A stretch of DNA of 64,000 nt. It comes from Thermoproteota archaeon. Lineage in GTDB: Archaea; Thermoproteota; Thermoprotei_A; Sulfolobales; Ignisphaeraceae. Of the stretch, positions 29,819-40,275 are shown piece by piece; positions within the stretch are counted from its first letter, which is position 1, and the number at the start of each line of letters is the position of its first letter. The stretch covers positions 674,525 to 738,524 of the forward strand of contig JAUQPB010000001.1 in NCBI GenBank assembly GCA_030550585.1, given 5' to 3'. The position numbers and the translations under genes are program-made. The notes under the pieces were generated by a model that saw only the letters and a program-made list of their open reading frames with translations, was not told the DNA's origin and did not search any database.

Positions 29819-30481
29819 ATGGTCTCAATGTCTGACTTCGAAAAAAGATGGGCTGGAGGCCCATCAGTTGGCGAGAAATTTAAGGATCTCTTCAGGAAGA
29901 AGGAGCCTATAAAGCAGAAGCTGGTTATGGCAGACTATAAGATAAGAGCCATGGTAAGCAGATTAGAGGTGTTCATTGAGAGGCTTAGGGAGAGAGATAG
30001 AACGCTGTTCGAGAGGGTTGTTGATGCCCTTACACAAGGTGATGAAGTTAGAGCTGCTATGTATGCAAATGAGATAGCAGAGATCAGAAAAATGGTAAAG
30101 CAGTTGACAATAACTCAAGTGGCGCTTGAACAAGTGGCTCTAAGACTAGACACTGTGATTACAATGGGCGATGTTATGTCTGGTCTAATACCTGTTGTAG
30201 GTGTTATAAGGGAGTTAAGAGGAATAATAAAGGGCATAATGCCTGAGATGTCCCTCGAGCTATCAGAGGTTGAGGAAGGTCTGAGAGATGTTGTGATATC
30301 AGCTGGAGAAGCGCTTGGACTACCAGCAGGAGACATATACACAACGCCAGAGGCTAGAAAGATACTAGACGAGGCTAGGGTGATAGCAGAGCAGAGAATG
30401 AAGGAGAAGTTCCCAGAGCTACCATCAACGATCACATCAGCTGCTCAAAAAGCTACAGCACCAGCAACTGGATCAGCATAA
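29819..30481 (+). CDS. ESCRT-III (Snf7/CdvB family) protein
   Basis: Helical-hairpin Snf7-like core (KIRAMVSRLEVFIERLRERDRTLFERVVDAL...AAMYANEIAEIRKMVKQL) and an acidic/Pro C-terminal tail. TATA-like TTATATATTA at 29775-29784 favours the ATG at 29819. Confidence 0.75.
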   Translation: MVSMSDFEKRWAGGPSVGEKFKDLFRKKEPIKQKLVMADYKIRAMVSRLEVFIERLRERDRTLFERVVDALTQGDEVRAAMYANEIAEIRKMVKQLTITQVALEQVALRLDTVITMGDVMSGLIPVVGVIRELRGIIKGIMPEMSLELSEVEEGLRDVVISAGEALGLPAGDIYTTPEARKILDEARVIAEQRMKEKFPELPSTITSAAQKATAPATGSA

Positions 30482-30602
30482 ATAAACCCAATTAATACAA
30501 TGTTTTTGAATTAGTAGCAAAGCTTTTTTCTCCTCCAAATCCACTTTTCTTGTTGGCATACCCTCAGCTATATCAATATCGCTGACACACCTCATACTAG
30601 AC

Positions 30603-30896
30603 GTGGGGTGGGTTGCATTGACCAATGGTTTTAAGGTCTTCGGAATAATTAAAGGTTTTAGAAGAGGTGGTGGAAGACAGTACAACGATCATGTCTTAGT
30701 ACAGCTCCTAGCAGACGCAAAAACAGTGGGAAGTTTAGTTGGTGCAAAGATTAGGGTTGTGGATAAATATGGAAATGTTTACAATGGGAGAATAGTGAAG
30801 ATACATAGCTTCAGAAACTCTGTCGCAATAGCCAAGTTCAGCAGAAACCTACCCGGCCAAGCAATTGGGACATTAGCTGAGATTGCTAAGCGTTGA
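30603..30896 (+). CDS. rpl35ae: Ribosomal protein L35Ae (eL33)
   Basis: GFRRGGGRQ...GAKIRVVDKYGNVYNGRIVKIH...AKFSRNLPGQAIG matches the L35Ae pattern. The real start may be TTG at 30618. Confidence 0.85.
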   Translation: MGWVALTNGFKVFGIIKGFRRGGGRQYNDHVLVQLLADAKTVGSLVGAKIRVVDKYGNVYNGRIVKIHSFRNSVAIAKFSRNLPGQAIGTLAEIAKR

Positions 30897-30898
30897 GT

Positions 30899-30970
30899 AT
30901 TTAGTGTTTGTCAGAGCAACTCTGACTAATCACATATTCATTTTTGCCGGGTTCTCATCATCCATTAAAT
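30899..30970 (-). ncRNA. Candidate C/D box sRNA
   Basis: On the minus strand: C box AUGAUGA (30961-30955), 13-nt spacer, D' AUGA (30941-30938), 4-nt loop, C' GUGAUUA (30933-30927), 12-nt spacer, D box CUGA (30914-30911). A 5-bp terminal stem AUUUA/UAAAU closes the RNA. Confidence 0.45.
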
Positions 30971-31028
30971 TAGCTGTGTATCTAGTTATAAATCTGTTTG
31001 GCTATATAATACCATATGTGGTGCTTAG

Positions 31029-32837
31029 ATGGAGTTTTCACTAGTTGCTCAAACTCTTGACATCCTAGAGAAGACTTCGAGTAAAATCCAACAGGCAGCT
31101 ACACTAGCTTCGCTGTTTAAGAAGACTCCTGCTAGTGATATTGACAAGGTCGTCTACATTATTCTAGGCATATTATGGCCTGATTGGAAGGGAATGCCCG
31201 AGATTGGGATTGCTGAGAAGGGTATTCAGAAAGCCATTGCAATGGCTACAAACACTAATGAAAGCGAGGTTGAAAAGCTTCATAAGTCTCTAGGCGATTA
31301 TGGTGCTGTTGTCGAGAAGCTTAAACTGGGGAAGCAGGGAAAGTCTGCAGGGCTAGCAGCATTTATTAAGAGCGTTAAAAACGAGCAGAAGAAGCTTGAC
31401 GTTGCAACAGTCTATAACACCCTTGTGAAGATTGCTATGTTGCAAGGAGAGGGTAGCAGAGATATGAAGCTTAGACTGCTAACAGCGCTTCTCATGGATG
31501 CTGATGCCAAGGAGGCTAAGTATATTGTTAGATTTGTTGAGGGCAGGCTTAGACTGGGCGTTGGAGAGGCTACGGTGATGGACGGCTTGGCAACAGCTTT
31601 TGGAGCTTCTAGAGACCTTGTAGAGAGGGCCTATAACATCTTCCCTGATCTGGGTGCAATAGCGAAGATACTTGCTGAGAAGGGTGCCGGAGAGTTGAAG
31701 AACATTAAGCCTACTCCCGGCATTCCCCTAAGACCAATGCTGGCAGAGAGGGGCAGCGATCCTGTGGAGATTCTAAACAAAGCTGGTTTTCCGGCATTAG
31801 CAGAGTTTAAGTATGATGGCGAGAGGGCGCAGATACATAAGAAGGGCGATAAGATTTGGATATTCTCTAGAAGACTGGAGGAGATAACACATCAATACCC
31901 AGATGTTGTTGAAGCGGCTCTGAAACGCATAAGAGCTTCTGAAGCTATTGTAGAGGGGGAGATAGTTGCCATAGACCCTGAGACAAGCGAGTTCAGACCT
32001 TTTCAAGAGCTTATGCATAGAAAGAGGAAGAAGGACATTCACGAGGCTGCCAAAGAGATTCCAGTTGTTGTGAGGTTATTCGACTGCCTTTATGTCGATG
32101 GTGTTGACCTTACCACAAAGCCTCTTCCAGAGAGAAGGGAGTATCTAAAGAAGATAGTCGATGAGGGTGAAGAGTTTAAGATTGCTGAGGGGGCCATTGT
32201 CAAGGATAGTAAAGAGCTTGAGCAACTATTTCTAAAAGCCATTGAAAGTGGCTGTGAAGGACTTGTTGTAAAGTCTCTTGGAAGAGACTCTGTTTACCAG
32301 GCTGGTGTAAGGGGATGGCTATGGATAAAATACAAGAGAGACTATAAGAGCGAACTCACAGACACTGTCGACCTTGTGGTTGTTGGCGCATTTCATGGAA
32401 GGGGTAAGAGGAGTGGAACCTATGGGGCACTCCTCCTAGCGGCATACGACCCAGATACAGACAGATTTGTCACGGTTTGTAAGGTTGGGACAGGATTCAC
32501 AGACGAGGAACTTGCACAACTACCCAGAAAGCTAGAACCATATAAACTGCCCCATAAACACCCAAGAGTAGACAGCGACATAGATGCTGATGTCTGGTTC
32601 GAGCCAGCTCTGGTCATGGAGGTTACAGGTGCTGAGCTCACACTATCTCCTGTACACACGTGTTGCAAAGGATGGGTGAAACCGGGTGCTGGAATATCGA
32701 TAAGATTCCCAAGGTTCATAAGATGGAGAGAAGACAAATCCCCGACAGAGGCTACAACAAGTAAGGAAATCTATGAGATGTATTTGAGAAGACTTAAGAA
32801 GATAGAGAAGGTAGAGCCCAAGGCCGAGGAGGCCTAG
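31029..32837 (+). CDS. lig: ATP-dependent DNA ligase
   Basis: Adenylation motif I EFKYDGERAQIH. 602 aa with the three-domain archaeal Lig layout. Confidence 0.95.
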   Translation: MEFSLVAQTLDILEKTSSKIQQAATLASLFKKTPASDIDKVVYIILGILWPDWKGMPEIGIAEKGIQKAIAMATNTNESEVEKLHKSLGDYGAVVEKLKLGKQGKSAGLAAFIKSVKNEQKKLDVATVYNTLVKIAMLQGEGSRDMKLRLLTALLMDADAKEAKYIVRFVEGRLRLGVGEATVMDGLATAFGASRDLVERAYNIFPDLGAIAKILAEKGAGELKNIKPTPGIPLRPMLAERGSDPVEILNKAGFPALAEFKYDGERAQIHKKGDKIWIFSRRLEEITHQYPDVVEAALKRIRASEAIVEGEIVAIDPETSEFRPFQELMHRKRKKDIHEAAKEIPVVVRLFDCLYVDGVDLTTKPLPERREYLKKIVDEGEEFKIAEGAIVKDSKELEQLFLKAIESGCEGLVVKSLGRDSVYQAGVRGWLWIKYKRDYKSELTDTVDLVVVGAFHGRGKRSGTYGALLLAAYDPDTDRFVTVCKVGTGFTDEELAQLPRKLEPYKLPHKHPRVDSDIDADVWFEPALVMEVTGAELTLSPVHTCCKGWVKPGAGISIRFPRFIRWREDKSPTEATTSKEIYEMYLRRLKKIEKVEPKAEEA

Positions 32838-32931
32838 ACAAGCAGTTGCAGTAAACCAGAAACCATTTTATGTCTAGCCAGCATTAAAATTCTTTTCATC
32901 TGGTAACAGTTCTAGTTTTTGGTGTAGAAAT

Positions 32932-34278
32932 ATGCGAGATCCTTTGCCTGGCTATGCAGGCGCTGTGCGAGAGTCTTTAGAAAGACTTGGGGCTGCAGTT
33001 GGATGCAGAATTAGGTTAATGCTACAAAATAACGTCATATTCGAAGGCGTTTTAATGCCACACCACGAGTTTAGCGAAGCCGATATAATCGTTATTAAAC
33101 TAGACAATGGGTACAACATAGGCATTTCGATTAGCAGAGTCTCTAAAATAGATGTTGTTGAATGTAAAGAGAGAGCAGAGGCGAGAACACAAGGTGTGAA
33201 CCAGTTCCAGAAACCTATTGTTAAAATCCTTGGATGTGGAGGGACTATAGCCAGCAAGGTTGAATACGAGACGGGAGCTGTCAAGCCTGCTATGAGCCCT
33301 GCAGAGCTGATGGAGATAATCCCCGAGCTGAGGAGTCTTGCTGGCTACGATGTTGAGGTTCTATTCAATATTCTTAGCGAGGATATGACACCAGCACATT
33401 GGAAATCAATTGCAGAATCCGTCTACAAATCTATTGTTAGCAGCGTTGATGGCGTTGTTGTTACCCATGGCACTGACACAATGAGTTATACAGCAGCGGC
33501 TTTAGCATTCTCCATACAGGGTCTGCCAATGCCTATAGCTCTTGTCGGCGCTCAGAGGAGTAGCGATAGACCAAGTACTGATGCGGCACTCAACCTCTTG
33601 GCAGCTGTGTTAACAACTCTCAAAGCACCTTTTGGAGAGGTTGCTGTTGTCATGCATGCAACACCATCTGATGCAGATGCATATGCTCATAGGGGTGTTA
33701 AGGTGAGGAAGATGCATAGCAGTAGAAGAGATGCTTTCCAAAGCATCAATGATATTCCATTAGCAAGAATAGACCTGATGAAAATGGAGATAGAGACTAT
33801 AAACAGCAGATATATCCCAAGGTCTAAAGGTGTAGACGAGATAAGATTCTTCGCATCATTCGACGATAGAGTTGCTATGGTTAAGGCATATCCAGGTTTC
33901 CAAAGCGAGATAATAGATTTTCTTGTTGACAGAAAATTCCATGGGATAGTAATCGAGGGGACTGGGCTGGGGCACATAGGAAGCTATGCCATAGAATCCA
34001 TTAGAAGAGCTGTCGAAGAAGGAATAGCAGTTGTTATGACAACACAAACACTGTTCGGAAGGGTGAATATGAATGTGTATACAACTGGCAGAAAGCTTCT
34101 AGAGATAGGGGTTATACCAGGAGATGACATGCTACCTGAAACCGCCTACGTGAAGCTCTCATGGGTGCTAGCCCAAACAAGAGACTTGAAAGAGGTTAGA
34201 AAAATGATGCTCACAAACTATGTTAACGAAATAAATCCTATTCACACACACCAGCTCTACCCAACATGGGTTCACTAA
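32932..34278 (+). CDS. gatD: Glutamyl-tRNA(Gln) amidotransferase subunit D
   Basis: Asparaginase-type motifs GCGGTIAS and THGTDTM preceded by the GatD-specific N-terminal domain. 448 aa. Confidence 0.9.
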   Translation: MRDPLPGYAGAVRESLERLGAAVGCRIRLMLQNNVIFEGVLMPHHEFSEADIIVIKLDNGYNIGISISRVSKIDVVECKERAEARTQGVNQFQKPIVKILGCGGTIASKVEYETGAVKPAMSPAELMEIIPELRSLAGYDVEVLFNILSEDMTPAHWKSIAESVYKSIVSSVDGVVVTHGTDTMSYTAAALAFSIQGLPMPIALVGAQRSSDRPSTDAALNLLAAVLTTLKAPFGEVAVVMHATPSDADAYAHRGVKVRKMHSSRRDAFQSINDIPLARIDLMKMEIETINSRYIPRSKGVDEIRFFASFDDRVAMVKAYPGFQSEIIDFLVDRKFHGIVIEGTGLGHIGSYAIESIRRAVEEGIAVVMTTQTLFGRVNMNVYTTGRKLLEIGVIPGDDMLPETAYVKLSWVLAQTRDLKEVRKMMLTNYVNEINPIHTHQLYPTWVH

Positions 34279-34354
34279 ACTTTTCATCTCTGGCAAATCA
34301 TTTCTAATAAATTTATATTGTGTACAGCTTTTTTGGATTCTTAAGGTGCGTTAG

Positions 34355-35389
34355 TTGAATAGAACATTGTTGATTATTATAATAGCTGTTATAGCCATAG
34401 TTGTAGCAGGCTTGCTATACTTCATGGACTTGATTAAGAAGCCTGGCAGTGCATGTAGTATTGAAAGTGATAACACCTTCTTTGTGGTATACTATAGTGT
34501 TCCGCCAAATGAGACAACATTTAAGCTTTTGATGAACAATATGCAGAACTTCATAGCATCTAATACGAGTGGCTCCTTAAACTTAACATTCTCACTATGC
34601 ATAAAGAAATACTCTGAGCTGGATGACAACACCAAAAATGTTTTGAGCAAATACAAATCATTTCCTGTGATGGGCATCTACACATCGAAGGACTTATCAT
34701 CTGCAAAGGCAAGTTCGCAGCTATTCGATGTTAATGGGAGATATTATGTTGTTAAAGAGAATGTTGCCATCGGTGTCTACAGCTATTTAGCATATTATGG
34801 TGTCCCCATTCTTAAAGAGCCTAAGGTGTTGATAGAAACCCTTAGAGAGCCTCATATTCAGTTGAATGAAACTCCTGTTGTAGGCTCTCTAAATGCAAAA
34901 TACTATCTGTTTATATATGAGGATGCTTGGTGCCCATATTGTGCAAAATTCTATAGCGATTCCATGCCAGTAATAGAAAATCTTTTAAACAATAACACCT
35001 TTGCCATAGTTTTGAAGAACCTGCTTATACATCCAGGTGTTGAAAATATCCATAGAAACATCACGGCTTTGTATATAACCACCAGAAATGCTACAGCTGT
35101 TTTCAGCATTATGAAGAGCATCTATGCCTATGTAGCTAGAGGCACAGATCCATCGCCTGAGAACGTAACTGCAATGATAAAGAATGTTACAGGTGTAAGC
35201 GAATTCAATGTTAATTTAACTGTTGTGGATAATATTATAACTAAGGATATTCAAGAGGCCCAAGAATATGGAATTTTCGGGACACCGGGGTTTGTGATAT
35301 GGAATAGAGAGAGTGGTAGGGGAATTGTAGTAGTAGGCTATACCTCTGCTAACGACCTCTTAAACATTGTCAGATCATATTTAAAATAA
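34355..35389 (+). CDS. Membrane-anchored thioredoxin-fold thiol:disulfide oxidoreductase (DsbA-like)
   Basis: N-terminal TM helix. CxxC active site (WCPYCAKF) and a cis-Pro-type motif near the C-terminus (GTPGFVIW). Many N-glycosylation sequons. Confidence 0.6.
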   Translation: MNRTLLIIIIAVIAIVVAGLLYFMDLIKKPGSACSIESDNTFFVVYYSVPPNETTFKLLMNNMQNFIASNTSGSLNLTFSLCIKKYSELDDNTKNVLSKYKSFPVMGIYTSKDLSSAKASSQLFDVNGRYYVVKENVAIGVYSYLAYYGVPILKEPKVLIETLREPHIQLNETPVVGSLNAKYYLFIYEDAWCPYCAKFYSDSMPVIENLLNNNTFAIVLKNLLIHPGVENIHRNITALYITTRNATAVFSIMKSIYAYVARGTDPSPENVTAMIKNVTGVSEFNVNLTVVDNIITKDIQEAQEYGIFGTPGFVIWNRESGRGIVVVGYTSANDLLNIVRSYLK

Positions 35390-35419
35390 ATGTTTTTCAA
35401 TATTTATTCAAAATCAATT

Positions 35420-36184
35420 CTATGTTAGATCGCCACAACTACATGTAAACTCATGTACAATTCTATGGAGTTCTTCAAGTCCCTGCATATTCTTTGCAGA
35501 TACCTTTGGAACCCTAGTCGCTTTTGCATATAGCCACAGAATATCCATGATCTTTGCCAGCATTTCTCCATATAGCCCACTTTTCCTCAACCTCTCTGTG
35601 ACGAGATCCACATCGCTTACCACATCCCCCATCAACTCCAGATTTGGGGCTATATCGTATTTGTTTATGGCTGGAACTACATCAACCCCTAGTCTGGCTT
35701 GTAAGGCAACAGACATTATAGATATGAATGCATAGTCCTCAAATCTCTTGATAACCTCCCCATCCAGTACAAACAATGCTAGGACATCCTTGGAAACTCT
35801 TTTTATGGCCTCAAAAATTTTGGGGGCAACATCCCTAAATATGAATACCTCCATCTGGCCTGGAGTATCAACCAGAACAAAATCAGCGTCAGCCTTTCTA
35901 ATAGCATCCTCAACTATATCCACACGCTCTGCCAGAATATCCATAGACTTCACAAGAGCGCCGTTGGGACCGAGGCCAAGTTCCTTGGCAATTCTATGGG
36001 CATCTATATAAACCCTCACATCAAAATCTGGTACATAGGGAATATACTCAGCTGCTGTATCGAGATTAACCTTGTACACCCTCGCACCAACTTCTTTTTC
36101 AAGCCACATCGAATAGGCAGAGAGTAGAGTGGATTTGCCCGAACCTGCAGAACCAACAAAAACAACTGTGGTCTTGTTTGGCAC
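35420..36184 (-). CDS. GPN-loop GTPase
   Basis: P-loop GSAGSGKST and the eponymous GPN motif (LGLGPNGAL). 254 aa. Confidence 0.85.
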   Translation of the reverse strand: MPNKTTVVFVGSAGSGKSTLLSAYSMWLEKEVGARVYKVNLDTAAEYIPYVPDFDVRVYIDAHRIAKELGLGPNGALVKSMDILAERVDIVEDAIRKADADFVLVDTPGQMEVFIFRDVAPKIFEAIKRVSKDVLALFVLDGEVIKRFEDYAFISIMSVALQARLGVDVVPAINKYDIAPNLELMGDVVSDVDLVTERLRKSGLYGEMLAKIMDILWLYAKATRVPKVSAKNMQGLEELHRIVHEFTCSCGDLT

Positions 36185-36281
36185 TTCTTCAATCCCTTAT
36201 TGAAGTCCCTCGTAGTTAGTTTCTATATGCTTTATCTAGCTAAAATGCTTAAAAACTAATCAAGAAAGAAGAGTTAGAGAC

Positions 36282-36306
36282 TTCTATAAAATGATCTCCA
36301 GATCAT
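36282..36306 (+). promoter_or_regulatory. TATA box (TATAAAA, 36285-36291) immediately followed by the 16-bp palindrome ATGATCTCCAGATCAT (36291-36306)
   Basis: Read directly from the sequence. Lies 25-31 nt upstream of ATG 36316 (a 16-codon micro-ORF) and about 200 nt upstream of the transketolase/shikimate operon. Confidence 0.45.
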
Positions 36307-36488
36307 GTAACTATTATGATTGTGTTATTATGGAGTTATACTAGCCTTTGGCATGCTAAAACATGAAATTAGTTATACTGTGGTTTGATATTGTCATATT
36401 ATTGCTTGGGACTTTTATCTTTTTTAACAGGTTTTATCGTGTTTATGTAGAGAGTTAGGTTTTTAAGCCTGTTTCATGAAAAGTTTCT

Positions 36489-37313
36489 TTGTTGTTAGGT
36501 GGTTTTGATGGAATTCGAGCTACTCCAATGGTGAAGGGAGATGCAAAGCCAATATTAAAAATTTTAAGTCTAGAGAAAGATGTTGAAACTATTGAAAAGC
36601 TTAGTAAGGCTGCCTATGAAAATCTTCTGGTAATGTATAAACAGGATAAACACACGCATCTAAGGTCATCTCAGACCTGTCTAAAGATATTGTCTGTGCT
36701 AATGACAAGGTATGTCAATAGAAATGGTAGTGAAGTGGATAGAGACTGGTTCATACTGAGCAAGGGTCATGCAGCACCAGCTCTCTACGCTGTTCTTGCT
36801 GAGCTTGGCTCTATACCCAAGTCCGAGCTTGCTAAGATAAACACTATTGGGTCTTTGCTTCAGAACCATCCTGAGATATCTATGCCTAGTGTTGATGTGT
36901 CTACAGGTAGTCTTGGGCAAGGTCTTAGCATCGGTGTTGGTATTGCAGCTTGGATTAAGAAGGCTGGTGGTAGGGGAAGGGTATATGTTGTGGTCGGTGA
37001 TGGTGAACAGGATGAGGGTATTGTGTGGGAGGCTATAACACATGCTGCAGCATTAAAGCTGAATAATCTTATTGTAATTGTTGATTGGAATGGTTTTCAA
37101 CTCGATGGGGATACAGAAGAGATTAAGCCGAAGAGCTACCTGCCTCTTGTGTGGAAGATTGTTGGCTGGAAGGTTCTATGGGCTAATGGAGTAGATGTTG
37201 TTAGCCTGATAACAGCTTTGGAAGAGGCTATGGATTCCGACAAACCAGTTGTAATATTTGCTCAAACACGCAATGCTGTAGAGTCTAGTGGGGCTATAAA
37301 CAATGCTCACTAG
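36489..37313 (+). CDS. Transketolase, N-terminal subunit (split archaeal type)
   Basis: [27 protein letters not shown] and the ThDP-binding [10 protein letters not shown] motifs. ATG at 36528 is an alternative start. Confidence 0.9.
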   Translation: MLLGGFDGIRATPMVKGDAKPILKILSLEKDVETIEKLSKAAYENLLVMYKQDKHTHLRSSQTCLKILSVLMTRYVNRNGSEVDRDWFILSKGHAAPALYAVLAELGSIPKSELAKINTIGSLLQNHPEISMPSVDVSTGSLGQGLSIGVGIAAWIKKAGGRGRVYVVVGDGEQDEGIVWEAITHAAALKLNNLIVIVDWNGFQLDGDTEEIKPKSYLPLVWKIVGWKVLWANGVDVVSLITALEEAMDSDKPVVIFAQTRNAVESSGAINNAH

Positions 37314-38259
37314 CATAAAGAGCTTTAGAGATGCCTTAGGGGAGCTACTTGTTGAGATAGGTGAAGAGGATCAGAACGTCGCTGTTGTCACAGCCGATGT
37401 AGGTAAGTCTACAAGGGCTATAAAATTCGGCGAGATTTTCAAAGATAGATATTTCAATGTTGGCATATCAGAGCAGCATATGATCACATTTGCAGCAGGG
37501 CTTGCGAGAGCAGGGGCAAAACCCGTTGTAGTTGCATTTGCAGCATTCATTATGAGGGCCTGGGAGCAGATAAGAAATAGTGTTGCCAGAATGAATCTAA
37601 ATGTGAAGATAGTTGCTACACATGCTGGCTATAGCGATTTTGCAGATGGCTCTAGCCACCAGATGCTAGAGGACATAGCACTGATGAGAGTATTGCCAAA
37701 CATGAACGTTGTTGTACCAGCAGATGTTGGTGATCTTAGGAGATGTCTGAAGAGAATTGTTGTTGAGGTGAAGAACCCTACATATGTAAGGATAGGCAGA
37801 GACTATTCACCACCTGTAACAGAGGATATGGACTATAGATGCGAGCTTGGCAAGGCCTATGTGTTGAGAGAGGGTCATGATGTCGCTATAATGGGCTCTG
37901 GACCAATACTATATGAAGCACTTCAAGCTGCAAAGGAGTTGGAGAAGATGGGCATTAGTGTGGCTGTTGTAAATGTCTTGTCTGTTAAGCCCATAGATAG
38001 AGAGGCTATTGTGAAAATTGCCAAGAGCGTTGGTAGGATAGTAACTGTGGAGGAGCATATGGTTTTCGGTGGGGTGGGGAGCGCAATTGCAGAGGTTGTC
38101 GCTCAAGAATATCCAGTTCCGATGAAGATGATTGGAGCCACAACATTTGGTAGATCAGCTAGGAGTCAGCAAGAGCTTCTGGAGTTCTTTGGACTGGATA
38201 GAAAAGCTATTGTGAAAGCGTGTTTGGAGGTGGTTAAGAATAGAGATAGAAATGCTTAG
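37303..38259 (+). CDS. Transketolase, C-terminal subunit
   Basis: [15 protein letters not shown] pyrimidine-binding motif. Overlaps the N-subunit gene by 11 nt. Confidence 0.9.
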   Translation: MLTSIKSFRDALGELLVEIGEEDQNVAVVTADVGKSTRAIKFGEIFKDRYFNVGISEQHMITFAAGLARAGAKPVVVAFAAFIMRAWEQIRNSVARMNLNVKIVATHAGYSDFADGSSHQMLEDIALMRVLPNMNVVVPADVGDLRRCLKRIVVEVKNPTYVRIGRDYSPPVTEDMDYRCELGKAYVLREGHDVAIMGSGPILYEALQAAKELEKMGISVAVVNVLSVKPIDREAIVKIAKSVGRIVTVEEHMVFGGVGSAIAEVVAQEYPVPMKMIGATTFGRSARSQQELLEFFGLDRKAIVKACLEVVKNRDRNA

Positions 38260-39298
38260 GGAGGAAATAGATAGGATAGACGATGAAATTGCCGAGCTCA
38301 TTGGGAAGAGAATTGAGCTTGTTAAGAGAATAGCCGAGTTGAAGAGGAGAAGAGGTGTGGCAATAACAGATATTGAGAGAGAGGCGGAGGTCATTCTAAA
38401 ATGGAGAAAGAGGTTAGCAAAACATGGTGTGCCAACAGATGTTGCAACATCAATAGCGAGAGACATTATAGCATCTTCGAAAGTTGTTGAAATAAAAGCG
38501 ATGGTTGTTAACCCACCTAAAGACAGGGGTATATGCATAGTTGGCTACGGTGCTATGGCGAAGACCCTTGTGCTAAGCTTTAAAAACGAAGGATATAGAA
38601 TCACAATAACAGGTAGAGATGTAGAGAAAGCTACGGCTGTTGGAAGAGAGCTTGGAGTAGATGCAAAACCAATACATAGTGCGCTAGATTGTTGCAGTAT
38701 TTCAATTCTAGCTCTGTCGATGGACGCCTTTACAAGCGGTTTTATAGACTCTATAGCCGGCTATATGAAGGGGAAGATCGTTATGGACATTCTCTCATCT
38801 AAACAGAGGGTGTTTAAACATTTGGAGAGTTTGTCAAAGGATATCGGATTCAGATATATCTCTACGCATCCGCTCTTTGGACCATATTCTTCTCCCACGG
38901 GTGAGAAGGTCGTGTTGATACCAAGTGAGACAGGGTATAGCGCAATAGATGAGGCAATGTCTCTTTGGCTCTCGATAGGTGTAGAACCGGTTGTAGCAAC
39001 ACTGGATGAGCATGAAAAGGCCATGGCAGTTGTCCAAACTTTGACGCATTTTCTTCTAATGGCTTATAGCAAAGCTGTTGAAAAGCTCTCAAAAGAGATG
39101 GGAGTTGATGTCACAAGATTTGCTACGCCAACATTTAGAGATGTGTATGCTGTTGTGGCTAGATTGAAAAAGATTTGCAATACTGTTGAAGAGATCCAGA
39201 GGGAAAATCCATATGCACATGAAATCAGATCACGTTTTTTGGATATATCAAGAGAACTGTCTTTTAATGCTGGTAGAGGTCTATGCTCTTCATCCTAA
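38252..39298 (+). CDS. tyrA: Bifunctional chorismate mutase / prephenate dehydrogenase
   Basis: N-terminal AroQ-type CM ([35 protein letters not shown]...DIEREAEVI) followed by a Rossmann GxGxxA ([10 protein letters not shown]) PDH domain. Confidence 0.85.
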   Translation: MLREEIDRIDDEIAELIGKRIELVKRIAELKRRRGVAITDIEREAEVILKWRKRLAKHGVPTDVATSIARDIIASSKVVEIKAMVVNPPKDRGICIVGYGAMAKTLVLSFKNEGYRITITGRDVEKATAVGRELGVDAKPIHSALDCCSISILALSMDAFTSGFIDSIAGYMKGKIVMDILSSKQRVFKHLESLSKDIGFRYISTHPLFGPYSSPTGEKVVLIPSETGYSAIDEAMSLWLSIGVEPVVATLDEHEKAMAVVQTLTHFLLMAYSKAVEKLSKEMGVDVTRFATPTFRDVYAVVARLKKICNTVEEIQRENPYAHEIRSRFLDISRELSFNAGRGLCSSS

Positions 39299-40275
39299 AA
39301 AGCAATTCAGATCCATCGCAATTAGTAGAGAAGATAGTAGCTAGATCAGCATCTTATAGAGTGGTCGACCTATATGGAAGGAGAATAGTTGTTGCATGGC
39401 CAGATAAACTAGTTGAAGATATTGTTGATGACAGTGTCGAGGTGAGGGTCAAGTCCTCTAGACCATACCAGCTAGCGTCTAGTGAGTGGAAGAGGGATAA
39501 AACCATAGTCGATGTTGACGGTGTTGAGATTGGTGGTAGAAGCGTTGTTGTTGCTGCAGGACCCTGCGCGATAGAGGATGAGGAGCTAGCTATAGAAATT
39601 GCAAAAGCTGTGAAAAGAGCTGGCGCAAAGATGTTCAGGGGCGGAGCTTACAAGCCTAGGACAAGCCCATACAGTTTCCAGGGTCTTGGGGAAAAAGGGC
39701 TCGAGATTTTGAAGAGAGTTTATGAGGAAACTGGGTTGCCCATAGTGACAGAGGTTATGGATACTAGAGACGTTGAGAAGGTGGCTAGATATGCCCACAT
39801 GCTTCAGATAGGCGCTAGAAACTCTCAGAACTTTCATCTGCTTAAAGAAGTTGGGAAAAGCCGCAAGCCAGCGCTACTCAAAAGGGGTATGGCAATGACC
39901 GTTGAAGAGTGGTTGTTGGCGGCAGAGTACATGCTTCTAGAAGGGAATGGAAATGTGGTTCTATGTGAGAGGGGGATAAGATCGTTTGAGAAAAGCACCA
40001 GATTCACACTCGACATAGCGTCGGCTGTATATACGAAGACCGTTACACACCTACCAATAGCTGTTGATCCCAGCCACCCTGCTGGAAGGAGAGACTTGGT
40101 AGAGCCTCTTGCCCTAGCAGCTGTTGCGGCGGGAGCGGATATGCTGATTATAGAGGTTCATCTATCGCCTGAAAAGGCTTTGAGCGACAACGAACAGCAG
40201 CTAACAATAGATATGTTCGAGAAGCTTATGACAAGGTTAAAAGCTGTTGCAGAAGCTGTTGGAAGATCGATATGA
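39283..40275 (+). CDS. 3-deoxy-7-phosphoheptulonate (DAHP) synthase, type I-beta, with an N-terminal ferredoxin-like regulatory domain
   Basis: AAGPCAIE and RGGAYKPRTSPYSFQGLG motifs. An ~80-aa N-terminal extension as in Thermotoga-type enzymes. Confidence 0.9.
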   Translation: MLFILKSNSDPSQLVEKIVARSASYRVVDLYGRRIVVAWPDKLVEDIVDDSVEVRVKSSRPYQLASSEWKRDKTIVDVDGVEIGGRSVVVAAGPCAIEDEELAIEIAKAVKRAGAKMFRGGAYKPRTSPYSFQGLGEKGLEILKRVYEETGLPIVTEVMDTRDVEKVARYAHMLQIGARNSQNFHLLKEVGKSRKPALLKRGMAMTVEEWLLAAEYMLLEGNGNVVLCERGIRSFEKSTRFTLDIASAVYTKTVTHLPIAVDPSHPAGRRDLVEPLALAAVAAGADMLIIEVHLSPEKALSDNEQQLTIDMFEKLMTRLKAVAEAVGRSI

